This document shows, piece by piece, positions 31,748-38,783 of a stretch of 64,000 bases of DNA. Position numbers and translations under genes: made by a program. Origin of the DNA: Eubacteriales bacterium (GTDB lineage: Bacteria; Bacillota; Clostridia; Oscillospirales; CAG-272); the NCBI GenBank assembly GCA_045538895.1, contig JAZQEH010000028.1:1882-65881 (forward strand). The letters are read 5' to 3'. Position 1 is the stretch's first letter; each line of letters begins with the position of its first letter. The notes beneath the pieces are model-generated. The model did no database searches, was not told where the DNA came from, and saw only the letters and a list, made by a program, of their open reading frames with translations.

Positions 31748-32929
31748 ATGGCAAGCATCACTTTAAACGTAAAAATGCTCGGCAAATTTACATTGTCGTA
31801 TGAAGACGTGCAGATTACTTCTGACAACAGCCGTTCAAGCAAGCTTTGGTGTACCCTTGCATACCTGATTTATCACCGTGGCAGAGTGATTTCTGCCGAT
31901 GAGCTTATCACGCTTCTCCGTGCAGACGAAAAAGAAAACGCAAATCCGCAGAGCACCCTCAAAACTACGGTTTTTCGTTTGCGTGCCCTTTTAAATACTG
32001 TTTATGACGGTTTGGGCAGAGATTTGATTGTCAGCCGTGACAAGGGATATACAATCAACCCCGATTTTGAAATTATAACGGACTATGAGAAATTTGAAAA
32101 GTTGCTATCCAAAAAAGATACCGACAGTCATGTTGAAGCTTTGGAGCTTTATAGCGGTAATTTTTTGAATTCTTTTTCTTCCGAAGCCTGGATCATCCCT
32201 ATCTCTGCATATTACTACAACACATATGCGCAAGCACTCGTGCAAACCGTGCCGCTTCTTGAAGAAAAAGGCTTATTTGAACTCGGTGTAACTCTTTGCA
32301 AAAATGCTATTGCCATTGATTCATACGCAGAGCCTTTTTACCAAATGCTTATGCAATGTCTGCTTGCACTTAACAAGCGTAACGAGGTTGCGGTAATTTA
32401 TGAGAATATGAGCAAAACTTTGCTTTCCACCTTTGGTGTGATGCCCGATGCAGAAAGCCGTGCTCTCTACCGTGAGGCTCTCCGCACTGTTAATCTGCAC
32501 GTCCTCACACCCGATACGCTTTATGAGCAGCTTGATGAAATTGGGCCGATTACAAGTGCCCTGCTTTGCGATTTTGATTTTTTCAAAATGCTGTATCAGG
32601 CAAATGCACGAATGATCGCACGCAGCGGTGATGCCGTTCACATTGCACTGCTGACGGTGGTTTCCTGCACAAAGAAGGAGCTTCAACGCCGCAGTCTTGA
32701 CCTTGCAATGGACAATCTGCAAGCCCTGCTTTGCTCGTCATTACGCAAAGGGGATGCTATTTCACGCTGTGCTTCTTCCCAGTTTGTGATAATGCTTCCG
32801 CAAGCAAATTATGAAAACAGTATTGCGGTATGCAACAGAATTATTGATGCGTTTTCCCGTAAATACCCCCACTCTCCCGCAAGAATTGATTACTTTGTTA
32901 AAGCTATCGTTCCGGCAAAGGACAGTTAG
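31748..32929 (+). CDS. SARP-type regulator (OmpR-like winged helix + BTAD) fused to a degenerate GGDEF domain
   Basis: N-terminus LGKFTLSYEDVQI...SKLWCTLAYLIYHRGRVISADELITLL...TTVFRLRALL follows the SARP pattern. C-terminus RKGDAISRCASSQFVIMLP aligns to RxxD-x5-GGDEF, with the active site replaced by ASSQF. Confidence 0.75.
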   Translation: MASITLNVKMLGKFTLSYEDVQITSDNSRSSKLWCTLAYLIYHRGRVISADELITLLRADEKENANPQSTLKTTVFRLRALLNTVYDGLGRDLIVSRDKGYTINPDFEIITDYEKFEKLLSKKDTDSHVEALELYSGNFLNSFSSEAWIIPISAYYYNTYAQALVQTVPLLEEKGLFELGVTLCKNAIAIDSYAEPFYQMLMQCLLALNKRNEVAVIYENMSKTLLSTFGVMPDAESRALYREALRTVNLHVLTPDTLYEQLDEIGPITSALLCDFDFFKMLYQANARMIARSGDAVHIALLTVVSCTKKELQRRSLDLAMDNLQALLCSSLRKGDAISRCASSQFVIMLPQANYENSIAVCNRIIDAFSRKYPHSPARIDYFVKAIVPAKDS

Positions 32930-32938
32930 GATTTTAAT

Positions 32939-34198
32939 ATGTTAAAACGGATTTTTCTTATCTCTTTAATTCTTTTTGTCATTTCAAGCTTTGTGTCTTG
33001 TATCGAAACTACTGTTATCGAACATACGGCTTCAGATATCGTTTCGGTTACCGATGCGGCGACAACTCCTCATGAAACCGAAACCGTAGCAGCAACGGCT
33101 GAGGTTACTACTACCGCCGAAGTCACTACCACTACAGAGGTTACTACCACCGCCGAGGTTACTACCACTACAGAGGTCACTACCACCGCTGAGGTTACTA
33201 CCACTACAGAGGTTACTACGACAGCCGAGGTTACTACTACTGCCGAGGTTACTACTACTGCCGAGGTCACTACCACCGCCGAGGTCACTACCACCGCCGA
33301 GGTTACTACCACCGCCGAGGTTACTACTACCGCCGAGGTCACTACCACCGAGGTTACTACGACCACAGATGAAGTTACAGACAATATACCTCCGGCTATT
33401 ATAGACTTTGTGCCTACTGCTTCGGGTATCCATACAAAAGAGTGTGACGATGCTATTATTGACTACTCAAACGCTCATAACGGATACATCATGATTAAAT
33501 TCACAACACCTACACCATCACGCATCAAGGCACAGGTAAAATGCATAAACAACACGTATACATACAATATCACGCCCGAAAAATGGACTGTACTTCCCCT
33601 CTCCGAGGGAAACGGAGTTTATACCGTTACAGTTTTCCAAAACGTTTCAGGCTCTAAATATGCAACTGTGCTTTCTGCTGACGTTACTGCAAGCATAACA
33701 GACGAAACGTCGGTTTTCCTTTATCCCAATCAGTACGTTGACTATTCGGAGGCACAAAAAACAGTAAGCAAAGCCTCATCGCTCACGAAAGGGCTTACGG
33801 ATCCTCTTGACAAAGTTGCAAAAATCTACAACTTTGTGACAAGCACGCTTACCTACGACACAAAGAAAGCCCAAACCGTTCAAAGCGGATATCTGCCTGT
33901 ACTTGATGACGTACTTGCGGCAAAAAAGGGTATCTGCTTTGACTATGCCGCTTTAATGGCAGGTATGCTCCGCAGTCAGGGAGTGCCGTGCAAGCTTGTT
34001 GTCGGATATGCCGGTGAAGCCTACCATGCATGGATCAACGTATGGTCCGAGAGTTCGGGCTGGATAAACGGTGTTATCTTCTTTAACGGAACCGCTTGGG
34101 AAATGATGGACCCGACTTTCGCATCCGCAAGCAGTGACGAAACGCTTATAAAATATATTGGCGACGGTAAAAACTATACCGTAAAATACCTATACTAA
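32939..34198 (+). CDS. Transglutaminase-like (Cys-protease fold) lipoprotein with Thr-rich stalk
   Basis: Signal/lipobox SSFVSC. (AEVTTT)n linker. Transglutaminase core KKGICFDYAALMAGMLRSQGVPCKLVVGYAGEAYHAWINVW, with the catalytic Cys codon at 33935-33937. Confidence 0.8.
   Translation: MLKRIFLISLILFVISSFVSCIETTVIEHTASDIVSVTDAATTPHETETVAATAEVTTTAEVTTTTEVTTTAEVTTTTEVTTTAEVTTTTEVTTTAEVTTTAEVTTTAEVTTTAEVTTTAEVTTTAEVTTTAEVTTTEVTTTTDEVTDNIPPAIIDFVPTASGIHTKECDDAIIDYSNAHNGYIMIKFTTPTPSRIKAQVKCINNTYTYNITPEKWTVLPLSEGNGVYTVTVFQNVSGSKYATVLSADVTASITDETSVFLYPNQYVDYSEAQKTVSKASSLTKGLTDPLDKVAKIYNFVTSTLTYDTKKAQTVQSGYLPVLDDVLAAKKGICFDYAALMAGMLRSQGVPCKLVVGYAGEAYHAWINVWSESSGWINGVIFFNGTAWEMMDPTFASASSDETLIKYIGDGKNYTVKYLY
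33098..33366. repeat. 18-bp in-frame tandem repeat (AEVTTT), about 15 copies
   Basis: gccgaggttactaccacc-type unit with synonymous variation. Entirely within the transglutaminase CDS. Confidence 0.9.
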
Positions 34199-34211
34199 AA
34201 AGGAGTTTTGC

Positions 34212-35240
34212 ATGAAAAAGGCTACACTTTCTTATGAAGAAATTTCGCAAATATGCTTGGAATTATCCCTTTTTCTGCACGCAGGTGCTGATATCGGCAG
34301 CGGTCTTGTGCTTCTTGCAAATGAAGTTGAAGACAGCAAAATGAAGAACTCCTTGAATTCTATTGCAAAGCTTATTGACGACGGTTGTACCGCCTCGTCT
34401 GCATTTGAAATATCCTCTCTTTTCCCCGATGACGTTATCAGAATGCTTGAAACGGGCGAAAAAACAGGCAGACTTGAGGAAACCTTTACGCATCTTGCAA
34501 AATACTATGAAAGCCGTCACACACAGGACGAATCTGTACGCAATGCACTTGTATACCCGTCTGTGCTGATGCTTGTCATGCTTTCGGTGATAGTAATACT
34601 GTTAACAAAGGTTCTCCCTATTTTCAGCGACGTGTATGCTTCACACGGAGGTACTCTCACGGGTATTGCAGGCTCTCTTTTAGAGTTTGGCACATTTCTC
34701 ACTTCATCTCTTCCGTTTATAGCGGTAGTTGCGGTTATATTTATTATTTTGCTTGCATTTTTCGCATTTTCCGAAAGCTTCAGGGAATTTTTGATTTTCA
34801 AAAAATTCAAAGGTATAAACAATTCTTTGACAACTGCACGCTTTGCAATGGCACTTTCCATGGGTATTTCAAGTGGTCTTACTCATGAAGAAGCCGTGCG
34901 GAATGCCTCTGAAATGCTTGTAAGTACAAATGCAAAAAAGCAAAGCGAAGTTTGCCTTGACATGCTTTCAAAGGGTGAATCTCTTGCAAATGCTATTTCT
35001 GCAACAAAGCTTATGCCTGCAGCAGAATGCAGACTCCTATCCATCGGATTTGCAAGCGGAAAAGGCGAAGAAGCAATGCAAAAAATAGCACTGCGACTTG
35101 AAAAAAGTGCAGAAAATGAAGTCGAGCGTCGTATTGGCTTTATCGAGCCTTGTATTGTTGTTATAACCTCTCTTTTGGTTGGTCTCGTTTTGCTTGCAGT
35201 TATGCTTCCGCTTACCGACATTATGTCATCTATCGGTTAA
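34212..35240 (+). CDS. Type II secretion / type IV pilus platform protein (GspF/PilC family), compact
   Basis: Two T2SSF-like halves, each a cytoplasmic helical bundle followed by TM helices. ETGEKTGRLEETF and ASGKGEEAMQKIA are the paired family motifs. SD AAGGAG. Confidence 0.8.
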   Translation: MKKATLSYEEISQICLELSLFLHAGADIGSGLVLLANEVEDSKMKNSLNSIAKLIDDGCTASSAFEISSLFPDDVIRMLETGEKTGRLEETFTHLAKYYESRHTQDESVRNALVYPSVLMLVMLSVIVILLTKVLPIFSDVYASHGGTLTGIAGSLLEFGTFLTSSLPFIAVVAVIFIILLAFFAFSESFREFLIFKKFKGINNSLTTARFAMALSMGISSGLTHEEAVRNASEMLVSTNAKKQSEVCLDMLSKGESLANAISATKLMPAAECRLLSIGFASGKGEEAMQKIALRLEKSAENEVERRIGFIEPCIVVITSLLVGLVLLAVMLPLTDIMSSIG

Positions 35241-35242
35241 TT

Positions 35243-35566
35243 ATGAAAAACACAAGTTTTGTAATAAGGCTTTTTAATGCCCTGAAAATACCTACCTTAA
35301 TTGCCGTTTGTGCAGTATTGTTTTTCTTTGCGATAGCGAACATGAACGAATCTCAAAGCGAAGAAATGCGTTTGCGGCTTGAAGATGCTATCCGTCAAAG
35401 TGCGGTTGCATGCTATGCGGCAGAGGGAAAGTACCCCGAAAGCCTTGATTATCTTGAAAAAAACTACGGAGTGCAAATTGACCGTGAACGCTACAATGTG
35501 TTTTATGAGGTCTTTGCTGAAAACCTGATGCCAAATGTAGCAGTAGTGGAGGACAGGTATGAATAA
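35243..35566 (+). CDS. 107-aa membrane-anchored hypothetical protein
   Basis: One N-terminal TM helix (IPTLIAVCAVLFFFAIA). The ATG lies 2 nt after the pilC-like stop. The track's longer start overlaps the upstream gene. Confidence 0.5.
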   Translation: MKNTSFVIRLFNALKIPTLIAVCAVLFFFAIANMNESQSEEMRLRLEDAIRQSAVACYAAEGKYPESLDYLEKNYGVQIDRERYNVFYEVFAENLMPNVAVVEDRYE

Positions 35567-36029
35567 GCCATCAAAGGAGCGTATGCTTTCAATAGTTCCC
35601 TTGCTGCTGCTTTTGATTTTAACATTGTGCATACTCTGCGTCACCGTTACGGGAATAGGAGTGGCACGCAGAGTTTCTGCACGTGATGATGCATGCTATG
35701 CTTTGCGTACTGCATGCCAGTACACTTCGGTAAAAATGCAGCAGGCTACTTCCAACGGTTTTGTTTTTGTTGAAGATTTTGGCGGTTGCGATACGCTCGT
35801 TATAAAAGAAAGCATCGGCGGTATCGAATATCTTACCCGTATATACTGTTATGACGGGTACTTGCGTGAACTGTTTTCAAAAGCTGACGCCGTTTTTTCA
35901 CCGAGCGACGGTGAAAAGCTGATAAAGCTCAAATCAATGACTATTGATACAAGTAATAATCTTTATGAGATTGTTTTCACCGAAGAAAACGGCACCTCAC
36001 GCACACTTACATACGGAGGTGCAAAATGA
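35559..36029 (+). CDS. 156-aa membrane-anchored hypothetical protein (minor-pseudopilin-like position)
   Basis: N-terminal TM helix LSIVPLLLLLILTLCILCV. SD GGAGGA. 8-nt overlap with the upstream gene. Confidence 0.55.
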   Translation: MNKPSKERMLSIVPLLLLLILTLCILCVTVTGIGVARRVSARDDACYALRTACQYTSVKMQQATSNGFVFVEDFGGCDTLVIKESIGGIEYLTRIYCYDGYLRELFSKADAVFSPSDGEKLIKLKSMTIDTSNNLYEIVFTEENGTSRTLTYGGAK

Positions 36030-36397
36030 GAAGTAAAACACCGCTGTTTTTAATTGAACTTACAATAATGCTGCTTGTTTTTGCAGTTGCAACGGCCCTG
36101 TGCCTTAACGCTTTTTCAAAAGCCGAGCTTATTTCGCTTGAAAACGAAAAACGTGATATTGCAGTTGTAAAAGCACAAAACGTTGCAGAAAAACTCAAGT
36201 ATTACGGCAGTTACGAACCGCTCGGTGCGTACCATGACGGAGAAAAGTGGGTACTTGAAGACGGCAGCCTTACAATACATATCTTCGAGTGCAATACCGC
36301 ATCACCGCTCTGCAAAAAAGCCGACATTATTGTAAATGAGAGTGGCGAAGAGCTTTTCTCGCTTACCGCCGCATACCAAGTGGAGGTGTCGCCATGA
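36026..36397 (+). CDS. 123-aa pilin-like protein with atypical prepilin N-terminus
   Basis: MRSKTPLFLIELTIMLLVFAVATAL: LFLIE-L-IML matches the type IV pilin FTLIE hydrophobic N-terminus including Glu+5, but Pro replaces the usual Gly at -1. SD GGAGGTG. Confidence 0.55.
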   Translation: MRSKTPLFLIELTIMLLVFAVATALCLNAFSKAELISLENEKRDIAVVKAQNVAEKLKYYGSYEPLGAYHDGEKWVLEDGSLTIHIFECNTASPLCKKADIIVNESGEELFSLTAAYQVEVSP

Positions 36398-36786
36398 AAG
36401 GTAAATTCCCAATGATTGGTATAAGCTCGCTTCTGGTAATTTTTGCGGTGCTTTGCTTAACCGTTTTTGCCCTGCTCTCTCTTAATACCGCCACTTCTGC
36501 GACAAAACTCTCAACCCTTTCTGCTGAAAATACCGCCGCATACTATAATGCCGATTGCAAAGCCAACGAAATTCTCGCATCTCTTCGCAATGGAGAAATT
36601 CCAAGCGGTGTTACACTCGAAAACGGTGTTTATTCATACTCCTGCAAAATATCCGAAACGCAGGTGCTTGAGGTATCAGTAATTGTAAACTCCTCAAGCG
36701 ACTATACCGTTTTAAGATGGCAAAGCGTTTTTGCGGGAGATTGGGAGAACGATACAGGCATTGAAGTCTGGGACGGAATTTTTTAG
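36394..36786 (+). CDS. 130-aa membrane-anchored hypothetical protein
   Basis: N-terminal TM helix IGISSLLVIFAVLCLTVFALLSL. SD GGAGGTG. 4-nt overlap with the upstream gene. Confidence 0.55.
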   Translation: MKGKFPMIGISSLLVIFAVLCLTVFALLSLNTATSATKLSTLSAENTAAYYNADCKANEILASLRNGEIPSGVTLENGVYSYSCKISETQVLEVSVIVNSSSDYTVLRWQSVFAGDWENDTGIEVWDGIF

Positions 36787-36799
36787 AGGTACGAAAAAT

Positions 36800-37852
36800 A
36801 TGACAGATATAAAAAAACATCTCACAAATGCCGTTGAAAACGGTGCCTCGGATCTGTTTATAGTTGCCGGTGCAACTTTGGGACAAAAAATCAAAGGACA
36901 GATTTGCAGTTTTGATACTGAAAAGTTTTCTTCATCCGATACCGAAAAGCTTATCCGTGAAATTTATGAACTCGCCGCACGTCCTATTGAACCGTTTTTG
37001 GGAAAGGGAGACGATGACTTTTCATTTGCCATTGCAGGACTTGCACGCTTCAGAGTAAGTGCCTACCGTCAACGTGGCTCTCTTGCCGCAGTTATACGAA
37101 TTGTATCCTTTACCGTACCCGACTACAAAGAATTCGGAATTCCGGAGGAGGTAATGAAGCTTTCGGAGGTAACGCACGGGCTTATCCTTGTAACAGGTAC
37201 CGCAGGTAGCGGCAAGTCTACAACACAGGCATGTATTATAGACCGTATAAATCACACACGTGCATGCCATATCATCACGCTTGAAGATCCTATTGAGTTT
37301 CTGCACCGTAACGACAAAAGCATCATCAGCCAACGTGAAATTGCGATTGATACCGTTGATTGCCTTTCGGGACTGCGTGCATGCTTACGACAGACTCCCG
37401 ATGTAATTCTGCTTGGAGAAATGCGTGACGCCGAAACAATTCGCACGGCAATGACCGCTGCAGAAACCGGTCATACCGTTATTGCAACTCTGCACACCAA
37501 AGGAACGGCAAACAGTATCGACCGCATTATAGATGCTTTTCCCGCATCGCAGCACAGTCAGATCCGTGTTCAACTCGCCTCGGTCTTACATACAGTTGTT
37601 TCGCAACAACTTTTGCCAAGCAAAGACAGGCTTATTCCCGCATTTGAAATCATGCACACAAACAACGCCATCCGCAACATGATTCGTGAGGGCAAGACTC
37701 ATCAGCTTTCAGCCGCGATTGCTTCAAGCTCATCTGAGGGAATGCTTGCAATGGACAATTCCATACTGACACTTATGAACTCGGGAAAGATAACGAAAGA
37801 AACCGCACTTGCTTTTGCGGATAATCCCGAACTTCTGTTAAGAAAGATATGA
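36800..37852 (+). CDS. pilT: PilT-family hexameric secretion ATPase
   Basis: Walker A GTAGSGKST, Asp-box ITLEDPIEF, and the PilT-specific AIRNMIREGK motif (about 37664-37696). 350 aa, with no N-terminal extension or tetra-Cys motif of PilB/GspE. Start set to ATG 36800 after AGAGGT. Confidence 0.85.
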   Translation: MTDIKKHLTNAVENGASDLFIVAGATLGQKIKGQICSFDTEKFSSSDTEKLIREIYELAARPIEPFLGKGDDDFSFAIAGLARFRVSAYRQRGSLAAVIRIVSFTVPDYKEFGIPEEVMKLSEVTHGLILVTGTAGSGKSTTQACIIDRINHTRACHIITLEDPIEFLHRNDKSIISQREIAIDTVDCLSGLRACLRQTPDVILLGEMRDAETIRTAMTAAETGHTVIATLHTKGTANSIDRIIDAFPASQHSQIRVQLASVLHTVVSQQLLPSKDRLIPAFEIMHTNNAIRNMIREGKTHQLSAAIASSSSEGMLAMDNSILTLMNSGKITKETALAFADNPELLLRKI

Positions 37853-37889
37853 ATAAATATCCCCCCGTTTAACGGGGGGATATTTATTC
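37851..37889. terminator. Bidirectional terminator between pilT and the sortase gene
   Basis: 19-bp perfect inverted repeat gaataaatatccccccgtt / aacggggggatatttattc. It overlaps both stop codons. Confidence 0.8.
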
Positions 37890-38714
37890 ATATCTGTGAA
37901 CAAAATGCACTACCCAACGGGTTTCTTCGCTTCCGCTTTCACTACAGGTTGAAAGTGTCAGCACCCTGTCACCGTTTTCGGCACTCGGTATAATTCCGCT
38001 ATCAATAACCGAGTTTCTGATGCAATAGTTTATATATGCCTGCTTGCCCGATACGTCTTTAAGCCCCAGGCGATAGCTGTGTCCGTTTATCGCATCGGCA
38101 TCATATGCGGCAAACGCATCATAACGCATAACGGCATTTTCAGTAACAATATACACCGACGGATGCGACTTGAGATATTCAATATCGCTATAATGCTTTA
38201 AAGAATTGAACATTGCATCTCTGTACATACGGTGACCGTAAATAATAGAGTGAAAATCTGTAAAATCACTGTTTGAACGGTAGTCAAGATAAATTGAGCC
38301 ACCGGCATTTCGGCTATTATCCCAAGCATAGTCAAGATAATGCGTATTATCCTCGCCTTGCAGAAGCGGATAGTTTACCGTAGAATTGGGAATGATTATC
38401 CAACCGATAACTTCATCATTTTTCGCCTGTAGTGCAGAAATGTCGATATCAAGCAAAGTTTCTGCAAAGGCATCAATTTCCGCAGGCTCTTCGACCGTTT
38501 CCTCTGCCAATTCGGCTTTAGTAACGGTTTCTTCTGCGGTATCTACGGTGAAAAGAGTCGTATTTTCAACGGTTACTTCAGGCGGTGTACTTGCAATAAC
38601 TATTGCATCATTTTTTGCCATATCGCTGCGGATATAATCCGAAATCTGCACTATAACTCCGCAAAGCCCGACGGCAAGCAAAACAATCAGCATAACTTTT
38701 AAAACCGTTTTCAT
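37884..38714 (-). CDS. srtB: Class B sortase
   Basis: N-terminal TM anchor. GWIIIPNSTVNYPLLQGEDNTHYL, IIYGHRM and TLSTCS (catalytic Cys) follow the SrtB pattern. Confidence 0.85.
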   Translation of the reverse strand: MKTVLKVMLIVLLAVGLCGVIVQISDYIRSDMAKNDAIVIASTPPEVTVENTTLFTVDTAEETVTKAELAEETVEEPAEIDAFAETLLDIDISALQAKNDEVIGWIIIPNSTVNYPLLQGEDNTHYLDYAWDNSRNAGGSIYLDYRSNSDFTDFHSIIYGHRMYRDAMFNSLKHYSDIEYLKSHPSVYIVTENAVMRYDAFAAYDADAINGHSYRLGLKDVSGKQAYINYCIRNSVIDSGIIPSAENGDRVLTLSTCSESGSEETRWVVHFVHRYE

Positions 38715-38783
38715 CTTTTCACCCCTTTCTTATAAGTCAAGGCTTGGTTGCCCAAGCCTCAACTTTTTAGGATTTTATAAGGA

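Noticed and set aside
33098-33366. Regular short-period repeats that could superficially suggest a CRISPR array (also at 8085-8240 and 39214-39588)
   Set aside because: The periods are 15-24 bp with no unique spacers. The repeats are in frame inside long CDSs and encode Thr-rich linkers. No cas genes are present.
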